Assembly (NCBI GenBank): GCA_036172245.1
Contig: JAYWIR010000003.1
Span: 3,162,001-3,226,000 of the forward strand
From: Raillietiella orientalis
Taxonomy: Eukaryota
Length of the DNA: 64,000 nt
Reading direction: 5' to 3'
Position numbers and translations under genes: made by a program. The notes beneath the pieces were generated by a model. It was not told the DNA's origin, made no database searches, and saw only the letters and a program-made list of their open reading frames with translations. Numbering within the stretch: the first letter of the stretch is position 1; every line of letters begins with the position of its first letter. This document shows positions 1 through 12,953 of this stretch, one piece after another.

Positions 1-264
1 ACCTCGATGACCTCTTCAGTTTTCAAAGTAGAAAATTCAAGTGGTGTACTCAGTGCCTCATTGAGAAGAAACCGCCTCCGAAATAGTTGCTCCACATTTA
101 ATGAAATATCCTTGGATCCATCGGGCGGGTTTTCTGTTTCATTCCCAACACAGAAAACTAAACTGCGGACTTGATGAATGGCAGGTGTACCATTCGAATG
201 TACCATTCGAAGCATACTGCGTTGGGATTATGCCTGCACTTCCACGATCACTGTTCAAAGACAT
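1..264 (-). CDS. Possible 5' part of an unidentified coding exon running off the left edge (MSLNSDRGSAGIIPTQYASNGT/PAIHQVRSLVFCVGNETENPPDGSKDISLNVEQLFRRRFLLNEALSTPLEFSTLKTEEVIE...)
   Basis: Open minus-strand frame from ATG 215-213 to base 1. It extends to ATG 264-262 if one copy of the 13-bp tandem duplication at 186-211 is removed. A plausible acceptor (ttctgttag) lies at 330-322. No recognisable homology. Confidence 0.3.
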
Positions 265-1895
265 TGTGCTTCATTTTGTCGACGAGTTGTGCAGGTGATC
301 GGATGTTTCCTTATTCACTACCTAACAGAATTCTGTATTTTCCGGAGAAACAAAAGACCTATTCACGTTTTCATAGCTGTTAGGAAAGGAATGAATTTGT
401 GGAAGGTAGGGAGGTTTGCAGTTGAAGAATGAAAGTACAGTTCAAGCTGTGAAATTTCTCAAGAATTCCAGAAAGCCAACGAAGTTCGGAATTTAGAAAT
501 TAGTTCGATTCAAAAGGATATATCAGACTACAGAAAACGGGAACGGATGCAAAAATACAGTGAGGGAGCTTATGTAGACATGTGTAATCCGAAAGGAAGT
601 GTAATTTTGCATAAAACTTGCCATTTGTAAAAATTTGAAGTCGGGCTACAAATAAGTCGTGAAAATTTACCCGTACGGGCCTTTTATTTTCGTGGAAGAT
701 GCTTGAAAATAGATCGAAATTCTGATTTCATAATATTCTTATAAGGAAGGGGTAATCTGTCCCTCCTTCGTCAATTTGTCAGCGTATGTGATTGCTACAC
801 TGGAGCAAAATGAGCTTGCTTACCTAAAAGTTTTTTAGATAAAATTAATAAAAAGGTTTTTAGGTACATAAATTTTTTAGATTAATTTTCAGATAAAATT
901 AGATACCTTTTTAAATTACGAAGAGTGTGAAATGACTGGCTACGTCTGCGAATTCCCATGTCTCGAGAACAATATGAGGACTTTGGTAACTTCTGATACA
1001 TTTCCGTTCAGCATTGTTTGTATTTGATTGAAACAAATTTTTTTCCACTGATGATTTCGATGACTTTTCAATGCATAGTTGTTGCAAATGCAAATCCATC
1101 TTATCAAGACTATTTTAAGTACACCCAACTGAAAGGAAAACTGCTCGAAACTATTCTTATTTATTGTCGGATTCTTTTCCAATGTGTTTTTGTAATGAGT
1201 TTATGATTACATTTGGAGGAGAGCATCATGCATTTATTATAAAGAATGAATCAAAATGTAATGTTTCGTTTCTTAGGTTTTTCCGACTCTTCGTACTCGT
1301 GTTAATGGATTTTTGCCTGGTATGGTGTGTTTCTGGGATCATAAGGTGTTTAATGAAATACTCCTGAAATATGATGGAAAGCTGCAGTAAAAAAAAGAAG
1401 TTTATTTGAATTTTGTTGAGTACGATACATTAACTTACCTAATTATGCATGTGACCATAAATTAGTGCACACTTTCACCAGCTCAGTATTTTAAAATAGC
1501 AGAAAAATATTCAGGTAACTAGCATAGTGTGCTGGATGAAGAACTACCAATCTGAACGTATATGGACATGAAACCCAAGAATGAAAACATTTCCATATGT
1601 AGAAACACTTCTGGTAACCCAGACAACAAAGTTGAAATGAGGCACGAAGCCTTTTCGGATCCCACATGCTGTTGCTAAACGCAAATGAAGTCGAATTTTC
1701 AGTGAAATGGCCTGTTCGAAATCAGCACACATTGCATTAATTTTCCCATTGAAATAAGGGTATCTAGTGTAACCGGCCACAGAGCCATTGCCTGCCGTGA
1801 AGACTTTTCCGGCATTGGTCTCCCTGAGGTTCGAAAGAGCCAAAAGAGCAGGAATGCTGCTGTGACTTCATGCTGAAGGAATTTTCGAAACAGCT

Positions 1896-2576
1896 ATGAC
1901 ATCGAACTGTGATTCCTCGCTGAGATCATTTATCCTTGAAAATCAGAAGCCTAGATTCAGTTATGATGCACTGAAGCAGTTATATCCGACGTTTATTACT
2001 AAGCTGGACAATAGCATAATTGAAAACGATAGTAGTGACGGCTTTTTTTTAAAGCTGGTATTGTGAGTTCAAGTGTTTATATAGTTTTGATTTTATTCAA
2101 TGATCATTAGGACAAAAGACATCGTTTGGTTGGTTTTTTGATTTGTACCACAACTGCAGTTTTATGCTTTTCTTTATCTTTGATGTTTTTACCTGTAGTG
2201 CTCTTAAAGTTGCGTAAGTTTTTACTGTTGAATGCTTTGGGATGCCTTTTTTCTTTGAACAGGTAGAAATTTGAATCTCTTTGGTTGTTAATTAATTTAT
2301 TTCAGCCTTATGTTCTTGTTTGGACCATCAAATTTTTTGAAGCATGCTGTTAAAAGAGAAAATCTGCCACTTTCCCTAGGATGTGTGATCAGTTTGCTTA
2401 GTACACTCTACTCTGCTATCCATTTACAGAACACCGTACTCACATTCTTGTGTGCCATTGTTCAAGTATTGTTGTTTGTTTACTATGGAATTTCTCTCTT
2501 TCCTGGAGGAAAATCAGGAATGATATTTTTGACCAAATTTGCATCTAAAACAATCCCCAAAACGTTGCCCATTTAA
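1896..2576 (+). CDS. SFT2D3: Vesicle transport protein SFT2-family (SFT2D3/SFT2C-like), 194 aa, 3 exons: 1896-2057, 2111-2262, 2306-2576
   Basis: GT-AG introns of 53 and 43 nt join into a 585-nt frame. The product ...DKRHRLVGFLICTTTAVLCFSLSLMFLPVVLLKLRKFLLLNALGCLFSLNSLMFLFGP...VQVLLFVYYGISLFPGGKSGMIFLTK...TLPI matches the Got1/Sft2 4-TM pattern (R..GF, RKF.LL..LG, S..PGG..G). AATAAA at 2615-2620. Confidence 0.92.
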
Positions 2577-3449
2577 ATTTTCCAGTCATCTTCAAGACAG
2601 TATATCACGATTGTAATAAACCAGTTCCAGCCATGGAAGATTTGTTTCTGGAAGCATCAGTTTCATATTCTGGTTTTTAAGGTGGAGTGTGTTGTCACAG
2701 TAGAACTGATATTTTGTGCTTATGAGCAGCACAAGATTTTGCATATGGCTCCTTTGTGTGAACTAAATGTTCCTAATCAGTTAAATCAAGTTGCAAGCAT
2801 GTGGAAAATCTTCTGTCTGATTGACTGGTTTCCAGGCAGTGATTACTGCAATTGACAAACCTCAAACACCTGTTTGTTGTTCGTGAAACTGAATAGGATT
2901 CGGTGTGTTTAGAATTCATTTTTCCATGAGTGATAATCATGGCACACTGAATCAGTGTTACAGGGTATGGTGAATTTATGAAACAGATTTGGCCTCTGTT
3001 ACTTATTATTTATTTTGTTTTATTATTTTGCATGGATTGCATCCGTTTCATGTATTATTCGTCATTCCGATTTCGATTCCGTGTCCACATCAGCTATGGC
3101 TAATACATGGTTATAAAATGCTTACCGAAAAACTTGAGCTTTGGTCCAATAAGTTTCTCGGGAAAGGAGGACTGCTTTTCGAACACCGAGGGTGTTTTAG
3201 GAGTACTGCCAATTCATTGTTGGTTTTATCTTCTGTGAAAGCCCACAGTCGTACATCACACGTATGCCTATCTACCGATAATGGTTTTCTTACTTTGGAC
3301 ATTTTTAACATGGTTGTGCATTTAGCATTTGCATTTTTTTTTTTTTTTAAACAGGTTCTTGTGTGGTATTTTTTTTATGTGGATGAGCTGTATAACAAGC
3401 AGGGTGAACTCTCAATCGGCATGAATGGAGGTGCCTATGTCTGAATGTT

Positions 3450-4480
3450 AGGTTCGCCCGTCCCGTAACGCTGTTGCATCGGGAGTGGGGGGGGGCGACT
3501 TCCGACAAACCCGGAAGTGCTCCTTTCCCAGGTTCCCTATTTCTTTCGCTTCACAAATCCGCAAAGCCACCCAAGACCTTGGCACACGCACGTTTGCACA
3601 ACCCCAGTTGTGTAAACAGGGGACGTCTTCCAAGGCTGGGAACCTCGGTCATCGTCTCATTAATAAAACCGATACGAAGCTCACACGGAACTCGGTCGGG
3701 TTGCGCAGCGGCAGCGGGATTCTTGGAGGGTTCTCCTGGTGCAAGCGTTTCTTCACGTGTTGAAGTTTTGTCATCTTCAGCCTTCGTGAGAAATCGGGAG
3801 TTTCGTAATTCCGGCAAGTCCCTGCCACCAGGAAATGCATGTTTTTTCTTCGCATGGCAGGGAAAGGATGCGCGGAAATGAGAAGTTTCCTCCGTGGAGA
3901 GGCGAAGAGTGAGGATCGAAACGCATGCCAGTCGTGCACTGAAGAAACGTGCATGGAGCTCACATCGGGGAGGAGATGCAAGAGAACGAGGAAGAGGAAC
4001 AGAAATCTGCGGGGCAGGATCAAAGGATCATATGAAGAGTCGTCGGGCGTCGAGATTCGAACAGATCCAGCAAAGGGAACCGTAGAAGTCTTAGGGAAAG
4101 GGGTGTTGTTGTTAGCTGTAGATCCCAGCTTTGGAGGAACCAGTTTCGACAAAAATGGTTCCATTCCCTTATGGATTTGATTCGTTGGGTTTCGAGAAGG
4201 CCTTCCGAAAGCGATTGCTAAAGGAAGCACATACTTCTTCCACGGATCTTCAGTTTCGTTATTTCCAAAGCATGTTTTCAGGCTGCTCTTGTAGCTCGGG
4301 TCAGTCCGATGCTTTCCACCTTTCCCAAAGCCGAGATTTAGGAAAACGAATTGTCTTCTGTGTAGTGGGAAATACGTTTGTAAATCGGAAAGCATATCGT
4401 GTTGCAGAAGAGGGGGGTGGGAGGGACCTAAAGGCGCACTTGGTAATCCTGATAGAAAGCCTTTGATTTCCGTAAAGCGT
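3450..4480 (+). mobile_element. Decayed non-LTR retrotransposon ORF1 (gag-like) remnant, probably related to the 33.4-35.0 kb copy
   Basis: Peptide patches parallel the 33-35 kb element (LEGSPGASVSSRVEV vs MKLFPGAKIPGVVAI; RRASRFEQIQQRE vs RRDVEFEQSRRRY). Many stops and frameshifts. Boundaries approximate. Confidence 0.35.
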
Positions 4481-5999
4481 GCAAAGCAAACGAAGAAGTT
4501 CCGGTTAATTAAACTTCGAAGGAGAAACTTGCAAGGTCCGGGAACCTCCGCGTGTGCTTTTCCCGTCTTGTATCGTGGGATACCGGAAAGCCACGCAGAT
4601 ACGACGTGCTGTACAGAGCAGCATCTGCTCTGCGTCCCAAGTGGGTCTCATCCGCTTCCGGCGTACGTTCGACAAAAATGCCGTCTGAAAGGCACATTTG
4701 TGCTTGTGGGAGGCAAGACAGAATAGCATACGCGTATGCATAGAATATGAAATACGTATATACGACAGTATGTATTTGGTGATTTCGTTTGCTTTCAGGC
4801 TGAACAGCGTACGATTGCGTGCATTTGGGTCCGTTCCATCCTCTAACCATTTTTTTCCCGACTTACAAAAATATGCCTGCAAAACGTGCTGGTTTTTTTG
4901 TGAGGATGGAGTCTACGTATCCCCCCCCCCCTTGTTGGTTACATCCAGCCATCTTCAGTTGAGTGGTGACGAAACAAGTCAAGCTCGGACGCTGAAGAAA
5001 AAGGATGCGCTGGAGTGATCCGATTCCTCTTCGGATGACTACGGAGATATTCCGATCTGCTGCTGCAGGTGAGAGCAGGGAGTCTGGAGCAATGTCAGCA
5101 GATTGTAAGGAAGTAGCAGTGTTTTTTTCTAAATGCTCACATCTGCTGCTGCCGTTCTAATAATGAAGTCTGTTTCTGAAATCAGCTACGAGTTTGCCTT
5201 TAGTTGGCTTCCCAAACAATTCAAACAACCGCCCACCGTCGATGGAAATCTCCCGACCGGAAGCGAGCAAAGATCGTATTCTGTACGATGGACAGTTCAC
5301 AATAAGGGCGTTGCCTTTGTTTACACGCGCTCTTTGATCAGTTGGTTAGGGAATCGATGATGGCTTATGGTGCTCTCATTGGATCTTCACTTGGTACAGT
5401 TTTGCTGCCGAAAGGCGAGGCATCCCTTTGACGAGATGCTGAAGCAGGGCTGGCTGGCCAACCTGCAGCGCTGCTGATTCCGAGCAAACTTTTTCCTCTC
5501 TCCACGACCGAAGAGCCTCTGAATGGACAAGCCTGCGAAAATTCGGGGTCACTGAAACGTGTAGGGTGGAGGAAGATTTGCAAGAAGGAAGCGTTTCTCG
5601 AACGTGGAACCACGCACACATTCGTTTTCGCTGTAAGGTTTGCCTTTTGGTCTTGCTACCAACATGCGACGCAAAAATGCCGGACGAACTGGACGCTCTT
5701 GCACGAGGAAAGCTGCCAAGAACCCTCTAGGAAAGACTTCGAAGAAATCACACACAGCCAGAGTGGTGATGAACGTCCAAATGAGGGGAACAGTAGGTGT
5801 TGCCGTGAAACGAACCAAAAGCTGGATTTTCAGCCCTCCTCTCAGTCTATCGCTTTTGTTCCCATTTTTCAAAAAGTTTTTCTCTTACAGCCTATACTTC
5901 CAATATATGTTCTGGGAACACTGTATGATTTGAGCACACGGTTTCCTTCTGAGTACCCTGCCTACTTGTTGGGAATTTTCAGTTCTCGCACCTACTAGA

Positions 6000-7350
6000 G
6001 TCGCTGGATCCCCAAGATCTCAGAGACCCTAGAGTTATTCCTCTTACTGTGGCAGGCACTCCCTAGGAGAGGGAGAAGCGAAGGGCGAGTTCTCGGTATT
6101 TATTGTCCCTTCGCCATCTTGCCTCTTCCAAAGCTGTTGATGGTGGCAGACGAAGTATGGGATGAGCACTTTTCATTCGCCCTGGAGCAGCACCATCAGG
6201 TCACAGCTCCGAGTTCATTCCCGGAATAGTCTGGTCGGCAGCTACCACAGCTACCTAACCCCCACTGTTTCCATACGAGTTTCTCGATTGGGGTCAGCAG
6301 CGCTTCATGGCCTTCCATAATCATTTTGGCTATTGCGTATGCACCTGTTGAAGGTGTGTCCTAGGGGTTCATCCTGTCTCCCATGCCTTGCGCAGCCGAT
6401 CCATCCCAATCCTGGTGGGTGATGTCCCGTACTGGCAGGAGGTTAAGTCCGGTTTCATGGATGATCCTGCAGTCTGACAGCCAAGGATGTTCGTCGCTGT
6501 ATACAGAGAGTTCCGAAGCCCGATGTTGTCAAACACAGGACATGGTCTTCCCCAGATCGGGGTGCTTTTCAAGAAGGGATGACCTCGATGGCTTGCGACG
6601 AATTTGTTCTTAGAGTTGGGGTGATTTTCTTCCTCACATGCGGGGCGCCGAATTTGGACGTTTCTTTCCAGAACGCTTATTTCACTTACGTTCTTCTGAA
6701 CAGTTTCCTCTCCACCGACTCCACAGACTCCTTGTATCGTAGCTGGGCCCGTTTCATCTTGCTTCGATCGTTACGGGCGCGAATTCCTCCAACTCTTTAT
6801 CAGCTGGTGATGCTTCCATCCTTTTTTTTTTTTTTTTCTTTACTACGGCTCACAATGTCCTCTGGTGCACTTGGTTTTGTAGTGCCAAGTCCGGAGAAGT
6901 TAGGCAATTTGAAGCAACTGTCAACCACGAAATGGTCGCCTTCTTCGGAGAACCTGGGTAGGTTGCATCGCACCAGCTATCCATGATCCACACCATCCAC
7001 TTGGTGTCACAGCTTTCCTCGAGGAGCGCTCTGAATCCACCACCTGCTGGCAGCTACCCAAGATCTACGTCGCCCACTGATAACCACCCCCTACGTGCAG
7101 CTTCACTGGCGACTAAGCCGCAGCCACCATCGTGTCATGCACCCTTCGAGAAAGATTTCGCGCAGTGAAGGTCCCCGAGGAGACTTCGCGACCCCGGAAT
7201 CTCCGTTGCTGGCTCTGCGCCCGCAGTTCTTCCTCCTGTTTCCTGAAACAGAAGTTCGCGTCGGGGTAGTCCACGACGTGTTGCTGCCTTCTCTTCCCCC
7301 TTTCCGCCAGTATCAACGGAAGCAGATCCACGGGAACGGGTGGGATGGGC
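6000..7350 (-). mobile_element. Decayed LINE (L1/Tx1-like) ORF2 remnant: APE endonuclease C-terminus to RT N-terminus
   Basis: Minus-strand patches in the expected order: GDVD (cf. GDFN), EGDHFVVDS (cf. SDH..V), KAPRSG (cf. KAPGPDG), YAIAKMIMEGHEALLTPIEKLVWKQWGL (cf. YKIIAKIL..RL..L.......Q.GF). Heavily degenerate; boundaries approximate. Confidence 0.45.
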
Positions 7351-10300
7351 AATGGGACGCAATCCCCAGTGTGACGCTCCAAGGGACCGGCGTGGATCCG
7401 CCACACGGACATGCACGTGGAGAACGTCCAGGCAGAACGGCAGGCTGACTCCCTCCTTTCTCCTCTTGTCCCACACCCTTCCTGCCTTATGGCAAGAAGA
7501 GGGCAGAGCTTCCCCCCTGTAGGAGCTGCTACTGTCCTTGGCCAGCGGCGCATGGCTTCCGCGGCACACATTCACACATTCGCGGCCGCCAGTCGCCAGT
7601 AAACGCCCCGCGCTGCAGCTGAGGTGCCGGTCGAATGGATTTTCCACCCCTCGAATGTAGTGGCTCCCTCCCGCCCACCCTCTGCTTTTCTTTAGCTCGG
7701 AAGAGGCCTGCCAGACCTTTACGAGGCAGCGGCAAAACAGAGCGAGTGGCTCCAGGGAATGCCAGCCGCTCTTCCTCCTTTCCGGGTATGCGCGTGAGCG
7801 AATGGACCAAGGCCACAGCCTTGGCTCATCCTGAGGTTGGAACCCTAATTGATGATGACATTCTGATTCATTTTTGCTACTTTCCACGTCCTTCCAGCTC
7901 TTCTTCTCTTTTCCTTTCAGTTTTCTTTGTTTTTGGTTCGGTGAGTACTCAAGAACCGTTGTTTCGGTCAACCGTTGCTTGCATCGGAGTGTCTCGGTAA
8001 CGCCGCAACGTAGGGGACCCACTAGGCTCTTCCGTTGCCACGCAACCAAGCTCTGCACGAAGCGGGGAAAAAAAGATGCCACCCCGAAGGGACCACTACC
8101 GGTTGGACTTGGCACAGGGGAATACGACTGCAGATACCCGAGCGCCCCTTACTCACGCACAACCGAAGCTTGGGGTCATCCCAGCGTCATCTAGCGGAGC
8201 GACTCGAAACCCACGACGCGTCCAACTCGGCGTCGATCCTTGACGGGGGGTATGCGAACCCCGCTGCAGCTAGGTGTCGCGCATGGACGCCGTGGCTGCA
8301 GGGCTGCCAACGCGCACGAATCGATGGGATTCTCGCTATCCACAACATGGCAGTCTGATGTGTCGTCAATTCGATCATCCAAGGGCTGCAGAAATTGAAC
8401 TGTACCCAGGCGACGGTCCCTCAAGCGTGTTGCAATCTTTTTCTGCCCTCCGTCGCAAGCACAATCACCACAGCAACTCCGGGCCTCATACTCCGCCAGC
8501 AGTTTTTTTTTTTTTTTTATTTTACGACTCATTTGAATTCAGCAGTGAGCTTTTATGGCGGGAGAGAAGGCAGACTCCCCTGTTTGCGGCCTCCTCGAGA
8601 CGTCTGCACCGCGTACCGATCAATAGTCTGTCGGCTGAAAAAATCCCTGCTCTCCCCTCATACCGGAGACGAACTGGAATTCCGCAGAAGGTAAACGATT
8701 CCCGCCGCGTTCCCGAGCCGGGGCACGTGAACCGGTCGACAGGGCATCACGTGACCGAGAATGCCCCGCCATGGTAAACCGAGGCGGTCTATCCGTTCGC
8801 AGTGTTGCCACATTTGATTCTCTGATAACCCTTGGTGTCACATGGAATGCTCAATCTAATGAAACACTTCGATAGAGTGTACGGCGTATGTGGGATCCAG
8901 CTGCACACTAAGCATCGTCAGGAGGAAAACAAAGTGAGAAGCCGTACTCGCTGTGTTAGTTTTTTCGAAAGTCGTTGAACAGAGCAGTTTTTTGCTAAAG
9001 TGTAAAAATGCTCCCGACTTTATAAAGGATCACGATCCCTTGCAGAAGTCGGGCAGTTGTGTTCTATGTTGGTGTTGTGTAGACCCTGTGCTTATGAAAC
9101 TCATTTGGGATTATTTATTCGTATTGTGCTTCCCATCTTACGAATTTGTATCGTTCAGATGATCTGGCTTTGATCGATTGGATTCTTTTCGATTCAAGTT
9201 GCTAATTTGGTTCTGGAGAATCAGCTTTGTACGGAGTTGCGCTTGCAGAAAAAAAAAAAAAATACTCTCTGATCAGTTTTCAAGACGAACTAGCATGGCG
9301 GAATGCATGCTTTGGTAGAGTTTGGGATGCTGTGCCACGTCTTTCGTTTTTTCTATCGCTAATAATTTGATGGAAGGGGTTTCCGTGATGTCCAGAGGAC
9401 TTTTTCTGAACGGTCAGTGGATCGTGTTACCTCTGCGGTCATCTGGAAATGGACAACTTTTTCCAAGCCGAAGGCTCTGACCGAGATGCAGCCCATAAAC
9501 AGGTGAAATGGGCTTGGACAAACGCTTGTGTCAGGGCTGCAGCTGGGATTGCTTGAGGAGTCAGAGCTGAATGCTGCGTTGGCGCAAAGCTCTTCACATC
9601 CAGGCTGCTGAGTCGGAGCAGAGCGATCCCCCTCTTGGTGGCTCTCATGCGGCGAAGGGGTTTCTCGATGTTGAGAGCTGAGGGTGGTCGCGTTTCCTCT
9701 CCTTCGCTGCTGCTAGAAGACTGCATCATCTACCAAGACCGGACTTTCAGGCAACCGCGGAAAGTGACGATAGACGAAGAGGATGGGGAGGAAGCACCAG
9801 ATCTCGTGATGCCCCTGGGTGCATGGGAGAGAAGGCAAGCCTCCAGGAAACGGGGCCGCTGAGATTGTGGTCGGGCTTGGGTTTCGATGCGGGTATCCGG
9901 ACCGAGGACTCCCTGTAGGGGATGGGAGAGCGAGTCGGCGATCACTGGCTTTCCGGATGGCGTTGGGGACTGCGAGAGGAGACGCCGGAAGCCGAGCGGA
10001 CGGCACGGGAGGACTCACGAGAGACGTCCAGGCCCCTTGTCCTCACATCGAGAACGGCGCGTAAAAAGCTCGAGGGAGGGAAATCGGGAGAGGAGCAGAA
10101 AGGAGGAGGAGGAATGGGGAGCCGAACAGGAGGGCTCACAGCAGCTGCGTGCGGAAGGAGCTCGGCGAAAAGGGTTTTCTCGTGGGCGCGAGCGGCGCCG
10201 AAGTGCCACAGCAAGGTCCGGTGAGAGGCGCCGCCTCACCGGGCGCTGACTGCATCAGAGGATGCTGTCCCGACTGACGGCTTCCGGGAAAAGATTCACC

Positions 10301-12850
10301 CGCGGGAAGGGATGACTTTTGGCGGGGGAAGCTGCTCTTTCCGAGGTCGCTGAAAGGGACGGTCGGCAGGAAGCTTGAGGGAGCGGAGACGTGCTCCCCC
10401 AGCTGGAGCCTGGGAGGTCACCCAGAGAGCTCCTGGTCGCATGTTTCCTTGGCAGGGAGGGTCTGCCCATACAGAGGGGAGGAGAGGGGCAGGAAGCAGG
10501 GGCGAGGGAGACCGACAGCGGGGCGGTAGAAGCTCGGAGTCGCTCCTGAGCTTCCGGCAGACGGGCGCTGCGATCGCGCCAACGCGTGGGAGGCTGCGGA
10601 AGAGGGGTGCGGGTGCAGGGAAGAGTTGTGGGGAACGGACGGGTGGAGCGGAGGACTGGGACGACCACCGTCGTCCACCTCCGAGCCGCCCGTCTCCCCT
10701 CGTCGAGAGAGGAACCTGTGGCGCTCGGGATCCCGCTGAGCAAGCGCCCTCCTGCATCGTCCTGAGGGGCCTCGGACGAATGGCGATAGCTTGGGAGGGA
10801 GGGTCCAGGTGTGTGGGTGGATAGGGAAGAGGAACGAGGACTCCACGAGACCTGGAGATCGGGGGTCCGGCCTCTCGGGCCACGTGCGCAGGAGAAGATT
10901 CTTCGTCGCCCTCTCAGCCTTTCCTGGAGTCGGGCGATAAAGGAGGGGAGGGGGAATCCTCGTGGACTAGAAAAAGTGGACGAACCGGGAAAGGAAGGCG
11001 AGCTCCCCTGTCGCTGGCAGAGGGCAGACGGACGCACCCCAGAGGTAACAGAGTGACCCCGGTCGCGATGGTGGGTGGCAGGTGTAGCGGAGGACGCCTC
11101 CTCCCTAGGGGGACTCCCGCGCTTGGAGTACACTGCTCCCTTCCCTTTCCACCCCCCTTTCCCCTTTGTCCCGAGACCCTCTGGCGGCGCTCCCGCTGCG
11201 GCGGAGGCAGGGAAAGACGGGAAGCCCGAGGGACGGCTGGCTGCCTCCGTCTCAGCTGCTCGCGAGCAGGAGAGGTGTCCGGGAACGTGCCGGCGAGCAC
11301 GTGCGGGGGGAACGGAAGGGAGAAGGCGAGATGGGGGAGCGAGCGCGAGAGACGATGACCTTGAGGTCGAGCGACAGATCGCACGCCCTCTCGCGAGGGA
11401 GCAGGGGAAAACGCAAGATGGCTGCAGCCTCTCCTCGCACTGCCGGGCACGGGCGGAGGCCCCAGGGAGGCGGGAAGGGTAGGGAGTGGGGAGGGAGGAA
11501 CCGTCCCTGGAGAGCCGCTGCCCTCCCAGCAAGACGTCCACTCCCTGCCCACGCGCCCGGGGAGGCATCCCACGTAGCGTGCCGCCTACCCAAGCTCGCA
11601 CGCTGCAGAGGGAGGGGGAGGGGTCTGGGGTGAGTCTGTCCGCCCTCTGTCGGCGGACGCACCGAAGGAGGAGGAAAAGCTCGCCTTCCTCTCCCGGTTC
11701 GTCCCTTTTTCTTGGCCCACGCGGACCTCCCCCCCCCCTCTCATCGCCCGACACAGGAGGGGCTGGGAGGAGCAGCGGCGGCAGAGGGGGAGGAGCAGAA
11801 TGCTTTCACTTTCACTTGTTTTCCACCGTCGCGGAATGTGCCGTCGGGCGCTCTGGGGAGGGAGGGGGGGGGGCGGCATACCTCACAGACGGGCGCTTTT
11901 TGTACGTTCCGATCCGAGAGGGACCTTCGGCCAGGACCACACTTCTCCGCCCCCCTCCCCTGCACGAAACGAGCGCTCCTAACGGGGGGACATGGAACGG
12001 AAGAAAAAAAAAAAAAAAAAAGGTGCGGATGGCTGGTTGGACGTCGTCATTGCCGGAGCGAGGCGTCAGCACCTCGGAGCCTTTTCCCCGTCTCCGAGCG
12101 CACTTTCCCTTTCAGCGGGAGCTCGCTGCGCCGCCCTCGTGCAGGGTGGTTTCGCAGGAAGAGGATCGTTCCCTTCGCGGGTGAGGGAGGGGAAGGGAAG
12201 CGTGGACGCCCCGTGTCTCCTCTCTCTCCCCCCACCTCTTTCTCCTCGCTACCGATACTTCGCCCCGGCGGCCGGGCAGGAGCTCGCGCGCGGGAGGAGG
12301 GGGCGGCGGCCAGTTCGAGCGACCCGCTCGTCCTTGAACTTACCTGGGAGGAACGTGCGGACGGCGACCTTGAACGGGGATCCCCATGGGAGGCCCTCGC
12401 CATCCCCTCCTTCCCCTCCCTCTTTCCGGCTCCTCCCCCTCTTTTCCCTCCGCACCGCGACATCTGAGAGGCTCAGGAAACGCCGGCTGCGGCGCGCGCG
12501 CAGCCTTGGACGCGTCCTTGGGCGTTGACCTTGGATCTGCTTTCCTCTCGGGCGACCTTGCACGCGTTTTGATGTCGTTTCTGCGGGTCTCCGCAGGGAT
12601 TTTCTTCTTTTTTGTTTGTTTGTTTGCGTTTTCCCGTCCGCTCCGGGTGCGGACGGAAAGGGCAGAGGCAGCGGCGGGCCCGTCTGCGAGCGGACGGGCG
12701 GTGGGGCTCGTCACGCCGGAGGGCAGTAGGAAAGCCCTCGTCCGCTTTCCACTCTTCGGATGTGCGTGGTGGGGGAGGGGCAGGAGGAAGGCGGTGGGAT
12801 TTTCCTCTCTCCCGATCTCCCGGAGGGTCACACGGAGATCTCGCGGAGCG

Positions 12851-12953
12851 GCGCGCATCGATGAAATGATCAAAACTGTGGATCAAAAAGTTTCGCCACT
12901 TCCTGCGTACACCCACGTTTGTGGCCAGTGCGAACGTGGTTGCACAGAAGGCT
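12851..12953 (-). repeat. Diverged direct duplicate of 14851-14953 (viral polymerase-like N-terminal segment)
   Basis: 103 bp with 9 mismatches by manual count (~91% identity), no indels, offset 2000 bp. Minus strand reads ...TFALATNVGVRRKWRNFLIHSFDHFIDAR. Confidence 0.95.

Noticed and set aside
1544..1843. 99-aa minus-strand ORF upstream of SFT2
   Set aside because: Non-ATG start, no recognisable family; likely SFT2 5'UTR or promoter region.
10255..11754. 499-aa minus-strand ORF
   Set aside because: R/P/S/G-rich translation of GC-rich low-complexity DNA with long ORFs in several frames; no domain motif.
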